Shown here: positions 33,719-43,267 of the stretch, piece by piece
Layout: the number at the start of each line of letters is the position of its first letter
How positions within the stretch are numbered: position 1 is the first letter of the stretch
From: Rhodothermales bacterium
Lineage (GTDB): Bacteria; Bacteroidota; Rhodothermia; Rhodothermales; JANQRZ01
Direction: 5' to 3'
Length of the DNA stretch: 64,000 nucleotides
Assembly (NCBI GenBank): GCA_965215145.1
Contig: OZ244038.1
Location: forward strand, 956,579-1,020,578
Program-made: the position numbers and the translations under genes
Notes under the pieces: model-generated
What the model was told of the DNA's origin: nothing
Seen by the model: only the letters and a program-made list of their open reading frames with translations
Databases searched by the model: none

Positions 33719-36700
33719 TCAGCGGACCACCGTGATCCGCCGCGTCACGACGTTGCCGTTGGCCTCGGCCCGGACGAGGTAAACCCCGGAAGCGAGGCCC
33801 GCCACGTCGAGCGGGAGGGCGTGGTGGCCGGCCTCCATCGCCCGGTCGGTGGCGACGGCGACGGCGCGGCCCTGCACATCGTAGACCGTCACGCGCACCG
33901 GCCCGTCGGCGGGGAGGGCGAGGTGGAACACGGTGCGGTGCGCGGCCGGGTTCGGCGCGGCCGTGAGGGCGAGGACCGCCGGACGGTCAGCGCGCGCCGC
34001 GGCCTCGGCCGGGGCGTCCTCCTCGACGGCGTCCTCCTCGGCGACGTCCTGCGCGGCCCCGCCCGTCACGAGCGGGCCGAGGGTCCACGTCGCGTCCTCC
34101 GTCGTCCACCCGTCGGCGAGCGCGGTGGCGCCAGCCAGGGCGTTGGCCGAGGCGGACGAACCGCTCTCGACCGTGATCACGAAGGCCTCCTCGTCGGCGA
34201 CGGTGCGGTTGGCGAAGTCGCCGATGCGGAGGAAGTAGTCGTAATCGTCCTCCGGCGCGCCGGCCGGGACGTTCTGGGTGTACGTGCCCGAGACGCTCTG
34301 CCCGGCCGGGAGCGTGCCCCCGACGATCTTGCCGCGGCGGACGACGTTCCCGTCCCGCTCCGCGACGAAGTACAGGTCGAGCGTCGCGTCGTTCGAGGTC
34401 GTGTTCGTCACGGTGTAGGAGAACTCGACCGAGCCACCGGGCTCGACCGTCGTAGCGTCGGCCGTCGCCGTGAGGTCCACGCCCTCGACGACGAAGGGCG
34501 TGAAGTCCACCTCGCCCGTGCCGTCGTTGACGATGAGGTCCTGGATCTCAGCCGCCGTGAACACGCCCCAGAAGTTGTTCTCGGCGTCGACGTCGGCGGC
34601 GAGGCAGGTGTAGAGCGCGACGTCGTTGCCGTCGAGCTCGTTGCCGCCGTCGAGGTCCACGGGGCTCTGGACGAGGCCGGAGTCGCCCTCGCAGAGGTAG
34701 ACGCCGGTGTCGAACCCGCCGATGTCGTTGTCCTCGACGCGGAGGTCGAGCATGGAGCTCGTCCCGTCCTGGTAGGCGTAGCCGAGGAGGCCGACGCCGC
34801 GGTTGTCATCACCACCGGTGATGGCGTTGCCGAGGATGTCGTAGGCGATGGTCCCGGCCCGTCCGTTCGCAGCCACGGTGGGGCCGTCGAGGAACGGCGA
34901 GGCGAGGTGCTGCTGCTCGGGCGTCCCGCCGCCGGCGTCCCCGTCGAGGACGAGGCCCGTGGCACGGGTCACGCCGCCAGCTACCCCGCGCGCGGCGGAC
35001 GTCCCGACGAAGCTGTAGGCGAAGACGCCGGTGTAGTCGTCGTCGTCCGACGCCGCCGTGGACGTCGTGATCGTGTTGTTCTGGATCAGCGACGGGGAGT
35101 CCGCCGCGAGGAGGCAGCCCTCGCAGGCCGAGATCGTGTTGCCCTCGACCGTCACCGAGGGGGCGTTGAACAGCAGGATGCCGCCGGCGTCGAAGAAGTC
35201 GCGGCTCTCGTCCACGGGGTCGAACGAGAGGGCCGAGACGTCGTTGCCGGTGACGGCGCCGAGGGTGCCACGGCTGACCTGGATCCCGTTCTGCGCGAGC
35301 TCGTCCACGCCGCCGGAGCCGACGACGGTGTTGCTGTCGACGACGACGGTGAGGTTCGCCCCGTCGACGGTGACGCCGTTCTTGCCGAAGTCCCGGACGG
35401 TGTTGTTCCGGAGCTCGACGGTAAACGGCCCGGCCGCGTCGAGGCTGGCGGCGAGGATGCCGACGGTGGTCTGGTTCCCGGTGAGCGGCGTCGCGCGGAC
35501 GCGCTCGACGACGGTGTTCCGGACGACCCCGCTGGACTCATACAGAGCAATCCCGTAGAACCGAGCATTCCCGGCGCGGCCGTCGCCGTCCACCGTGAGC
35601 TCCTCGATCACGAGGTCGGCGCCGTTGCGGGCGCAGACGACGGGCTTGTTCGGGCCGCTCGTCGTCGTGCAGGCCGCGAGGTTGGCCGCGTCGTCCGGCG
35701 CCACGACCGTCGTCTGGCTCACGCCGGCGCCGGTGATCGTGAGGGCGAGGCCGTCCACGATGACCTGCTCGACGAACGTCCCGGCCAGCGCGAGGATGGT
35801 GTCGCCGCTGTCGGCGTAGTCCACGGCCTCCTGGATGAACTGGTCGGTGTAGAACGTCTGCGGGTCGGTGTCCACGGGGAACTCCAGCCACGGCGAGAAG
35901 TCCACGTCGCCGACGACGTCGTCGCTCGGGTCGGTGTCGCCGTAGTAGTTCGCCGGGGCGTCCACGGTCTGGCTCCAGTTCGAGCGGATCGCGATGTCGT
36001 TGCCGTCGAGGTTGTTCTGGGCAACGAGGAGGCTCGAGAACGTCGTCGGCTGGCAGCCGGTCTGGCACTCGAAGATCTCGACGCCGACCCCGAAGCCGGT
36101 GACGTCGTTCTCGGTGATGGTGAGGTCGAGGTTGTCCACGCCGAAGCCGGCGTCGGCCTCGATCCCGAACGAGTTCGCGTTGCTGCCGGTCGTGAACGTG
36201 ACGGTGTTGCCGGTGACGACGACCGCGATGGTGTCGGCGGCGCCGCCACGCGCGGCAACGTCCTGCGGGTCGAAGGGGGAGGGGACGGCCCGCGGGGGGT
36301 CCGTGGCGACGATGCCGAAGGAGAAGTCCCCGGCCTCGATCACGTCCACGTCGTTGCCCGCGAGGGTGCCCTTGCCATCGAACCAGTACATCCCCGTCTG
36401 CGCGCCGTCGATGTCGTTGCTGCCAGCGTCGATGGCGGAGTTGAAGTTGAGGATCGAGGTGGCGACGAAGCCGGCGCCGGTGTAGGCGATGCCGGAGACG
36501 TCGTTGTCGTCTACGACGCCCGTGATGGCGTCGCCGAACGTCTGGATCCCGTTCTGCGCCGTCGTCGGGATCGGCCCGGCGCCGGTGACGGTGTTGCGCT
36601 GGACGTCGAGCGTGAGCGGCGCGCCGGTGCCAGCGTTGAGCGCCATCCCGTTTTTCTGGAAGTCCACGATCTCGTTGTCGAAGACCTCGATCGTCCGGTC

Positions 36701-38089
36701 GACGCCGTCGTCGTTGAAGGCGTAGAGGCCGATCCCGTGCTGGACGCCGCTGAGCGGGGAGTCCCGGACGCCGGTGATCGCCACGTCCTGGACGGCGCCG
36801 CCGGCGTTCCGGAAGGCGATGCCGTGGAAGCGGACGTTCGCGTTGCCGACGCCGCGGCCGTCGACCGTCAACGTCTCGATCTCGAGGTCGGCACCGTTGA
36901 TGGCGCAGACGACGGGCTTGTTGGCGGCGCTCGTCGTGAAGCAGACCGGGACGTCGTCCGGCGCCTGGATCACGACGCCCGCCCGGCTCTCACCCCGGAG
37001 CGTGAGGGCCTTGCCGTCCACGACGACCTGCTCGCGGTAGTCGCTCTCGAAGACGTGGACCGTGTCGCCCGACGGCGCGCCGGCCACGGCGGGGCTGATG
37101 CTCACCGTGACGGCGATGCCGTGCTCGGCGTAGGCGCCCTTGTCGAAGGCGTTGGACGCGGCGATGCCGGGGAGCGGCGTCCCATTGTTCTGGATGAAGA
37201 TGTGGCTCGTGATCGCCCCGAGGCCGTCCGACTCGAACGTGTTGCCGGTGATCGTGGCGCCGGGCCGGCGGATGCGGAGCTGGGACGCGAAGCGGGTCGT
37301 GGTCCCGGCGAAGAGGTTGCCGGTGATCGTCGCGTTCTCGGCGTCGAGGGTGGCGAGCGTGTTGCCCTGCTCGTCGCCGTCGGTGTTGGTCCCGCCGGCC
37401 GTGCCGATCACCTCGTTGTCGGTGAACACGAGGCCCGTCACGTTCGCCCCGGTCGTGCCGCCGCCGTTGCCGAGCGTGACGAGCTGGCGCGGCACGTTCG
37501 GCAGGGTGAACTGCTGGCTGAAGCCTGCGCCCGCCGGGTTCGGCCCGACGAAGGTCTGGCCCGTGAAGAGGTTGCCGTCGAGGACCGGGTCCGCCAGCGT
37601 CGCGCCGAACTCCGCGAGGAAGCCGGCGTCGCCGTCGGCCTGAACGTCGTTGGCGAGGACCATGAGGTCCGTGTGCGAGCCCCGGACGTAGACCGCCGCG
37701 TTTTCGAGGCCGGGTGACCCGTTGTCGATCCCGACCACGGTGAAGCCTTCGAGGGTGAAGCCCGCCGTGGTCCCCTGGACGACGAGGGTGCCGAGCGCGC
37801 CCGCGCCCGAGATGCCCTGGATCGTCGTGGTGCTCCGCCCGTTCTGCGAACGGATCGTGATGTCCTTGCTGTCGACGACGACGTTCTCGGTGTAGGTGCC
37901 GTCGCTGACGAGGACCACGTCCCCATCCATAGCGAAGTTGACGGCGTCCTGGATGGAGTCGCCGCCACACACGGGCGGGCCGGAGGGGCAGACGGTGTAG
38001 GTGGTCTGCGCCGCAGCCCAGGGGGCGGCGCAGAGCACGAGGGCGAGCACGAAGGCGAGCCGCCGCGCAGAGCAGGTGTAGCTATGCAT
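33719..38089 (-). CDS. Giant (1456 aa) secreted right-handed parallel beta-helix repeat protein with a T9SS C-terminal sorting domain
   Basis: Signal peptide MHSYTCSARRLAFVLALVLCAAPWAAAQ. Repeated N-x-I/V-x-G / NNT(I/V)xG-type beta-helix rungs occur throughout, and large segments are internally duplicated (..PVCFTTSAANKPVVCAINGADLEIETLTVDG.. versus ..LAACTTTSGPNKPVVCARNGADLVIEELTVDG..). The C-terminus reads PNPAAHRTVFHLALPADGPVRVTVYDVQGRAVAV...GVYLVRAEANGNVVTRRITVVR. Confidence 0.85.
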   Translation of the reverse strand: MHSYTCSARRLAFVLALVLCAAPWAAAQTTYTVCPSGPPVCGGDSIQDAVNFAMDGDVVLVSDGTYTENVVVDSKDITIRSQNGRSTTTIQGISGAGALGTLVVQGTTAGFTLEGFTVVGIDNGSPGLENAAVYVRGSHTDLMVLANDVQADGDAGFLAEFGATLADPVLDGNLFTGQTFVGPNPAGAGFSQQFTLPNVPRQLVTLGNGGGTTGANVTGLVFTDNEVIGTAGGTNTDGDEQGNTLATLDAENATITGNLFAGTTTRFASQLRIRRPGATITGNTFESDGLGAITSHIFIQNNGTPLPGIAASNAFDKGAYAEHGIAVTVSISPAVAGAPSGDTVHVFESDYREQVVVDGKALTLRGESRAGVVIQAPDDVPVCFTTSAANKPVVCAINGADLEIETLTVDGRGVGNANVRFHGIAFRNAGGAVQDVAITGVRDSPLSGVQHGIGLYAFNDDGVDRTIEVFDNEIVDFQKNGMALNAGTGAPLTLDVQRNTVTGAGPIPTTAQNGIQTFGDAITGVVDDNDVSGIAYTGAGFVATSILNFNSAIDAGSNDIDGAQTGMYWFDGKGTLAGNDVDVIEAGDFSFGIVATDPPRAVPSPFDPQDVAARGGAADTIAVVVTGNTVTFTTGSNANSFGIEADAGFGVDNLDLTITENDVTGFGVGVEIFECQTGCQPTTFSSLLVAQNNLDGNDIAIRSNWSQTVDAPANYYGDTDPSDDVVGDVDFSPWLEFPVDTDPQTFYTDQFIQEAVDYADSGDTILALAGTFVEQVIVDGLALTITGAGVSQTTVVAPDDAANLAACTTTSGPNKPVVCARNGADLVIEELTVDGDGRAGNARFYGIALYESSGVVRNTVVERVRATPLTGNQTTVGILAASLDAAGPFTVELRNNTVRDFGKNGVTVDGANLTVVVDSNTVVGSGGVDELAQNGIQVSRGTLGAVTGNDVSALSFDPVDESRDFFDAGGILLFNAPSVTVEGNTISACEGCLLAADSPSLIQNNTITTSTAASDDDDYTGVFAYSFVGTSAARGVAGGVTRATGLVLDGDAGGGTPEQQHLASPFLDGPTVAANGRAGTIAYDILGNAITGGDDNRGVGLLGYAYQDGTSSMLDLRVEDNDIGGFDTGVYLCEGDSGLVQSPVDLDGGNELDGNDVALYTCLAADVDAENNFWGVFTAAEIQDLIVNDGTGEVDFTPFVVEGVDLTATADATTVEPGGSVEFSYTVTNTTSNDATLDLYFVAERDGNVVRRGKIVGGTLPAGQSVSGTYTQNVPAGAPEDDYDYFLRIGDFANRTVADEEAFVITVESGSSASANALAGATALADGWTTEDATWTLGPLVTGGAAQDVAEEDAVEEDAPAEAAARADRPAVLALTAAPNPAAHRTVFHLALPADGPVRVTVYDVQGRAVAVATDRAMEAGHHALPLDVAGLASGVYLVRAEANGNVVTRRITVVR

Positions 38090-38411
38090 GGGGGTAAGGG
38101 AAGGGGTAGGGAAGGGGAAGGACTGGACCAAAAATGACCACCGTCGACGCTGCAAGAGATAGACGCTTCGAGTCGACAGTCCGCGACTCACCCACGTGAC
38201 GAGTTTGCGCTCATGCAGGGCACTTCGCGCTCACTCCACTCTAAACCCGCACACCGACAGCCGCAAGTCCCCGGCCAGTCATATGGGGTGAACATAATTC
38301 AGACGCTCTGTTAAAGGCAAGGGGTTAAGTCTTTAAAATCCTAACGCCACGTCTTCGGTCCGATCAGCGCGCCCGGCCGCAGGTAGCTCAGCGGAGGGCC
38401 ACAACGGTCTG

Positions 38412-39026
38412 TTAGCGGTGTTCGGGGCTGCGCGCGTATTCCCTCAGCCATCGGGGGTAGCTCATCGCTGGGTCCGACGGCAGGCCCGGCGGCTCTCGCT
38501 GGGCGTCGAACACGTGGGCAGCGACGGCGCGGAGCACGTCCGGCAGCGCCGCCTCGTCACTCCCGAAGGCTTCGAGGCAGACGCTCCACCACACCCCGTC
38601 CCCGACCCGGACCTCGGCCACCTCGACGCCGCAGCCCTGCGCGACGCGCTCTTCCCCCTCGACTGACCGCACGGCGTCGCCCTCGACGGCGAACGTCCGC
38701 ACCCGCCGCCGCTTCGCCACGGCGATCCACTCGGCGCCGTCGGGCTCGGCGGGCTCTGCCAGCGCGAAGCTCCACTTCCGCCACCGCTCCACCGCCCCGG
38801 CCACCCCCTCGCCGAACCGCTCCTCCCCGACGACGGCGACGCGGCGCTTCGCCTCGGCCCGCCCCCCGCGGAGCTTCACGCCGAGGCCGTCGGGCGTGGC
38901 GGGGAGGAGGTAGCGGTCGGTGCGCTCCTCCCAATCCGGCTCCCCGGCGACGGCGCGGAACCACTGGAGCACGGGATCAGGGAGCGGGCCGGGGAGGAAC
39001 CAGCGGACTTCGGCGGAGGGCTGCAT
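38412..39026 (-). CDS. Hypothetical protein (possibly a CYTH-like fold)
   Basis: A 204-aa ORF starting MQPSAEVRWFLPGPLP, with good GC3 bias. The family assignment is tentative. Confidence 0.5.
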   Translation of the reverse strand: MQPSAEVRWFLPGPLPDPVLQWFRAVAGEPDWEERTDRYLLPATPDGLGVKLRGGRAEAKRRVAVVGEERFGEGVAGAVERWRKWSFALAEPAEPDGAEWIAVAKRRRVRTFAVEGDAVRSVEGEERVAQGCGVEVAEVRVGDGVWWSVCLEAFGSDEAALPDVLRAVAAHVFDAQREPPGLPSDPAMSYPRWLREYARSPEHR

Positions 39027-39079
39027 CAGGAGGCGGGGCGGGGAGAGACGGGCGGCCGTGGAACGGGGCCGCCGGGGGC

Positions 39080-39565
39080 GTGTTCGGGCGGCCCCTTCTC
39101 GCCGAATCACTCTGCGCCCAAGGCCCCGTGCCCGACATCCCCGAGCTCTTCCAGGACCGCCTCGATGCCCTGCGGGCGCAGGGCCTCCAGGTCCCCCCGC
39201 CGGCCTACGTCGGGATGGCGCCGGAGATCGTGGACTACCGCGAGGGCGAGGCGCTGACGGTCCGGTTCCCCGTGCGGGAGGCGTACCAGAACCCGCTCGG
39301 CATGATGCAGGGCGGTTTCCTCGCCGTCGCCATCGACAACGTGTTCGGGCCGCTGAGCTTCCTCGTGGCGCCGCCGAGCGTGACGACGCACCTCAACGTG
39401 CAGTACCTCTGGCCCGTCGCGGCCGGCACCCCGTACGTCGAGGTCGAGGGGCGGCTCGCCGAGCGGGCCGGGCGGGCGCTGTTCTTCGAGGCCGCCGTCC
39501 GGGGCCCCGACGGCGAGACCGTCGCGCGGGCGCAGGCGACGGCGCGGATCGTCCGGCCCGGCTGA
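39080..39565 (+). CDS. PaaI-family hotdog-fold thioesterase
   Basis: EGEALTVRFPVREAYQNPLGMMQGGFLAVAIDNVFGPL...THLNVQYLWPV...VEVEGRLAERAGRALFFEAAVRGPDGETVARAQAT. The start is uncertain (ATG 39080 or a downstream GTG). Confidence 0.75.
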   Translation: MFGRPLLAESLCAQGPVPDIPELFQDRLDALRAQGLQVPPPAYVGMAPEIVDYREGEALTVRFPVREAYQNPLGMMQGGFLAVAIDNVFGPLSFLVAPPSVTTHLNVQYLWPVAAGTPYVEVEGRLAERAGRALFFEAAVRGPDGETVARAQATARIVRPG

Positions 39566-39578
39566 GCGGGCGCGCGGC

Positions 39579-40262
39579 TCAGGCGCCGAGCCCGGCGAGC
39601 ATCCCGACGACGCCCGTGCGGATCATCGCCACGGCGATGGCGGCGAGGAACAGGCTGGCGATCTTGGCGACGGCCTTCGAGAAGCTCGGCCCGAACCGCG
39701 CCAGCAGCGCCGGCCCGAAGGCGAACGCCACGTAGACGAGGGCCATGTTGAGCACGACCACGGCCAGCGTGATGAGGTAGCCGAACTGCCCCTGCGTGAC
39801 GAGGATCGTCGTGATCGCGGCCGGGCCGATGATGAGGGGGAGCCCGAGCGGCACGACGGCCAGCTCGCTCACCGACGCCTCGGGTGCCGCGGTCGCCCCC
39901 CTCGGATCCTCCCCGTTGCCGCTCCGGCGGTTCTTCAGGTCGCCGAAGACGAGGTCGGTGATCGAGAGCACCAGCAGGATCAGCCCGCCGCCGACGCGGA
40001 GGTCGTTGACGGAGATGCCGAGCGTGGCGAAGATGACGTCCCCGGCGAACAGCATCAGCAGCGCCACCGTCACCGCGACCGTCATGGCGCGGAGTAGGAG
40101 GTTCCGCCGGGCACGGCGCTCGACCCCCTCCGTCATCCCGATGTAGAGCGGGAGGATGCCGGGGATGTTGATGGCGACGAACAGCGGCAGGAACGCCGCG
40201 ATCAAGGCTTCGAGCGAGAACAAGGGCAGCGAGGGAGACCTTTGCAGGGAGGCAGCATGCAA
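39579..40262 (-). CDS. MarC family (UPF0056) integral membrane protein
   Basis: FLPLFVAINIPGILPLYIGMTEG...VVPLGLPLIIGPAAITTILV... follows the typical MarC/NAAT pattern with about 6 TM segments. Confidence 0.75.
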   Translation of the reverse strand: MHAASLQRSPSLPLFSLEALIAAFLPLFVAINIPGILPLYIGMTEGVERRARRNLLLRAMTVAVTVALLMLFAGDVIFATLGISVNDLRVGGGLILLVLSITDLVFGDLKNRRSGNGEDPRGATAAPEASVSELAVVPLGLPLIIGPAAITTILVTQGQFGYLITLAVVVLNMALVYVAFAFGPALLARFGPSFSKAVAKIASLFLAAIAVAMIRTGVVGMLAGLGA

Positions 40263-40351
40263 CCGGCGGAGCCGCTCGCGCGTGGCTCCGCCGTCGGCGC
40301 GCTTGTTCGCCGCGCCCGGCCGTCTGTTTCAGCCCCCACCGCCGCGGTGCC

Positions 40352-40870
40352 ATGATTGCGCAGAGTTCATCCCGCCTCCGCCGCGCCCTCAACGTTGCCG
40401 GCGTGTCCCTCCTCGCCGCGTGCTCGCAGCCGGAGCCCGCCGCACCCCCGCCGGACCGGACGCCCGAGCCGGGCACCACCGAGCCCGTCCCTTACGACGT
40501 GGTGGCCGGGGGGGCGATGTCGCCGCTCGGCGTCGTCGAGCGGGTGTTCGGGGAGGAGGCCGAATGGGCGCCCATCGCGGCTCAGCTCGGCGTGCGGCGG
40601 CGGGGCGATGTCACGGGGACGGCCCCCGTCCTCTTCGCCGCCGTCGAGGCGCCGACGGGCGGTCACCGCCTCCGCTTCGACCGGGTCTACGCCCGCACCA
40701 ACCGCGACGGGCAGGCGGAATTGGTCGCGGCCTACACCGTCGAGGAGCCGGGGCCGGGCTGCGGGGCGCGCCCGGTCCTGACCCGACCGTTCCAGGCCAT
40801 CCACATCCAGCGGCACGGCGACCTCCCGGTGCAGTTCGTCGGGCGGCGTCAGGCGGTGCCGTGCGAGTGA
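40352..40870 (+). CDS. Hypothetical lipoprotein
   Basis: The signal peptide with lipobox reads VSLLAAC-SQPEP. The product is 172 aa. Confidence 0.55.
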   Translation: MIAQSSSRLRRALNVAGVSLLAACSQPEPAAPPPDRTPEPGTTEPVPYDVVAGGAMSPLGVVERVFGEEAEWAPIAAQLGVRRRGDVTGTAPVLFAAVEAPTGGHRLRFDRVYARTNRDGQAELVAAYTVEEPGPGCGARPVLTRPFQAIHIQRHGDLPVQFVGRRQAVPCE

Positions 40871-40889
40871 CGGAGCAGACCCGCACGTG

Positions 40890-40954
40890 GTAGGGGCGGA
40901 CCCGCGTGTCCGCCCTGAACCGCCGAGGGGCCGGGCACGTGCGTCCGTCCCTAC
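40890..40954. repeat. REP-like inverted doublet (GTAGGGGCGGAC ... GTCCGTCCCTAC)
   Basis: The outer arms are at 40890..40901 and 40943..40954, with an inner partner GTCCGCCCT at 40907..40915. The 3' arm contains the TAG stop of the ABC ATPase gene (minus strand). Confidence 0.7.
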
Positions 40955-41694
40955 GCCACCTCCAGCGCCTCGACGCCCGCCTCTGCCAACACCGGCTGCT
41001 CGACGGGCGCGTCGTGCTCGATCTGGCCGTCGCGGAGGCGGACGATGCGGCGGGCGTGTGCGGCGATGTCCTCCTCGTGCGTGACCACGATGAGCGTGTT
41101 GCCGCGGCGGTAGAGGAGCTCGAAGAGCCGCATGATCTCGTCGCTCGTCGCCGTGTCGAGGTTGCCGGTGGGCTCGTCGGCGAGGAGGATCGAGGGGTCG
41201 TTGACGAGGGCGCGCGCCACGGCGACGCGCTGGCGCTGCCCGCCGGAGAGCTCGTTCGGCTTGTGCGTCATCCGGTCCCCGAGGCCGACCTGCGTGAGGG
41301 TCTCGGCCGCGCGGTCCCGGCGGTCCCGGCGGGGGACGCCGGCGTAGATCAGCGGGAGCTCGACGTTCTGGAGGCACGTCACGCGCGGGAGCAGGTTGAA
41401 CGTCTGGAAGACGAACCCGATCTCGCGGTTGCGGACCTCGGCGAGCTCGTCGTCCGAGAGCGTCGAGACATCGCGGCCGTTGAGGACGTAACGCCCGGCC
41501 GTCGGGGTGTCGAGGCAGCCGACGATGTTCATCAGCGTGCTCTTCCCCGAGCCCGACGGCCCCATCACGGCGACGTACTCGTTGGGGCGGATGTCCACCG
41601 AGAGCCCGCGGAGGGCCTGCACCTCCTCGACGCCCATCTGGTAGACCTTCCACGCCTCCTGGATGTGGATAATGGGCTGGGCAGAGGGTTGCAT
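40951..41694 (-). CDS. ABC transporter ATP-binding protein (MacB/LolD-type ATPase, no fused permease)
   Basis: Walker A is GPSGSGKST. The signature is [15 protein letters not shown]. Walker B is [12 protein letters not shown]. The H-loop is VVTHE. Confidence 0.9.
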   Translation of the reverse strand: MQPSAQPIIHIQEAWKVYQMGVEEVQALRGLSVDIRPNEYVAVMGPSGSGKSTLMNIVGCLDTPTAGRYVLNGRDVSTLSDDELAEVRNREIGFVFQTFNLLPRVTCLQNVELPLIYAGVPRRDRRDRAAETLTQVGLGDRMTHKPNELSGGQRQRVAVARALVNDPSILLADEPTGNLDTATSDEIMRLFELLYRRGNTLIVVTHEEDIAAHARRIVRLRDGQIEHDAPVEQPVLAEAGVEALEVA

Positions 41695-41708
41695 AGCGAT
41701 AAGGCTTG

Positions 41709-41781
41709 GTAGGGGCGGGCCTTGTGCCCGCCCCCGTCGAGACAGCAGTCGGGAGCGGGCGACCACGAGGGTCGCCCCTAC
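41709..41781. repeat. REP-like inverted doublet (GTAGGGGCG ... CGCCCCTAC)
   Basis: GTAGGGGCG lies at 41709..41717 with a local hairpin GGGGCGGGC-cttgt-GCCCGCCCC. CGCCCCTAC lies at 41773..41781. The element sits between the adaptor and ATPase genes. Confidence 0.7.
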
Positions 41782-41798
41782 GGGGTTGCGACGGCGCG

Positions 41799-43223
41799 TC
41801 AGGACCGGGAAGGGCCGCGGCGGGCGGGCTCGGCCACCACGGCGTCGCCGTCGTCGAGCTCGGTGCGGAGCAGGCGGAACGGGCCGGCCACGACGGTCTC
41901 CCCGCCGGTCAGCCCGCGGACGACCTCGATGTGGGTGTCGTCCGCGATCCCGGTCTCGACCTCGACCATCTCGGCCACCCCCTCGCGCACGACGAACACG
42001 ACCCGCCGGAGGTCTTCCTCGGCGAAGGCGTCCACGGCGTCCGCCTCGTCGCCGTCCTCTTCTGCGTCGTCATCGTCCCGAGCCTGCCGGCGGCGGACCT
42101 CGTTGAAGTCGCGTACGGTGACGGCCTGGATGGGGACGACGACGGCGCGCGGGACGGTCTCGGTGAACACGTCCACGGTGCCGCTCATGCCGGGCCGGAG
42201 GACCGGCACGTCCGTCGCCGCGGACTCCGTGGCCTCGGCCGCCGTGAGGTCCCCGTCGGTGGAAGCCCGCCGGACGACGCCGAGGTTCTGGTTGTGCGCG
42301 CTCGTGATCTTGATCTTGACGGGGAAGCTCGTCGTCTGCTCGACGGTGCCGGCGCCCGCCACCCGCGCCGAGTTCGCGATCTGGGTGACGATCCCCCGGA
42401 AGGGCTGGTCCGGGAACGCGTCGATCTCGACCTCGGCCGAGTCCCCCACGGCGACGCGGACGACGTCGTTCTCGTTGACGTCGACCTCGAGCTCCATCTG
42501 GTCCAGCTCGGCGATCCGCATGATCTCGGTGCCGGCCATCTGCGCGGTGCCGAGCACGCGCTCGCCGGGCTCGACGTTGAGCACGGAGACGGTCCCGCTC
42601 ATCGGCGCGTAGATCGCCGTCCGGCGGAGCTGGTCGGCGGATTGGCTCAGGACGGCCTCGGCGCTGCGGACGCGGAAGCGCGCGGCCTCGTGGGCCGCGG
42701 CGGTCACCTCGGCGCGCGTCTCGGCCGCCTCCAACTCGGCGCGGGGGATCACGCCGCGCTCGAAGAGGCCCCGCTGCCGTTCGAGGTCGGCGCGGGCCTG
42801 GGTCAGCTCGGCCTCGGCGCGCGAGGCGTCGGCGCGCGCGCTGAGCACGCTGGCCTCGGACTGCTGGCGCCCGGCGGCGTACTGCTCCCCGCGGATCCGC
42901 ACGAGGAGCTGCCCGGCCTCGACGCGGTCCCCCTCCTCGACGGCGATGAAGACGACCTCCCCCGAGACCTCGCTCGCGAGCGGGACCTCGACCTCGGGGC
43001 GGACCTCGCCGGAGCCGGTCACCGTCTCGGTGATCGTGCGGACGGTCGCCTCGGCCGTCTCGACCTCGGTGGCGTCCTCGCCCCCGCGCCCGCCGAGCAC
43101 GAGGGCGACGACGAGGAGCAACGCGATCACGCCGAAGACGACGGCGAGCACGCGGCCGGTGCGCTTCGGCCGGGCGTTCGGAGCAGGGGCAGCAGGGGGG
43201 GTGCTCATGCAGAGGGAGGGCAT
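41799..43223 (-). CDS. Efflux transporter periplasmic adaptor subunit (HlyD/MacA family)
   Basis: An N-terminal TM anchor is followed by a lipoyl-like hairpin ([25 protein letters not shown]), a coiled coil ([33 protein letters not shown]) and beta-barrel segments. The start may instead be at 43208. Confidence 0.85.
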   Translation of the reverse strand: MPSLCMSTPPAAPAPNARPKRTGRVLAVVFGVIALLLVVALVLGGRGGEDATEVETAEATVRTITETVTGSGEVRPEVEVPLASEVSGEVVFIAVEEGDRVEAGQLLVRIRGEQYAAGRQQSEASVLSARADASRAEAELTQARADLERQRGLFERGVIPRAELEAAETRAEVTAAAHEAARFRVRSAEAVLSQSADQLRRTAIYAPMSGTVSVLNVEPGERVLGTAQMAGTEIMRIAELDQMELEVDVNENDVVRVAVGDSAEVEIDAFPDQPFRGIVTQIANSARVAGAGTVEQTTSFPVKIKITSAHNQNLGVVRRASTDGDLTAAEATESAATDVPVLRPGMSGTVDVFTETVPRAVVVPIQAVTVRDFNEVRRRQARDDDDAEEDGDEADAVDAFAEEDLRRVVFVVREGVAEMVEVETGIADDTHIEVVRGLTGGETVVAGPFRLLRTELDDGDAVVAEPARRGPSRS

Positions 43224-43224
43224 C

Positions 43225-43252
43225 GTAGGGGCGCAGCGCGCTGCGCCCCTAC
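43225..43252. repeat. 28-bp perfect palindrome GTAGGGGCGCAGCGCGCTGCGCCCCTAC (REP-like)
   Basis: Seen directly between the TolC-like stop (43268) and the adaptor start. Confidence 0.95.
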
Positions 43253-43267
43253 AACCTTAGAGGACAT

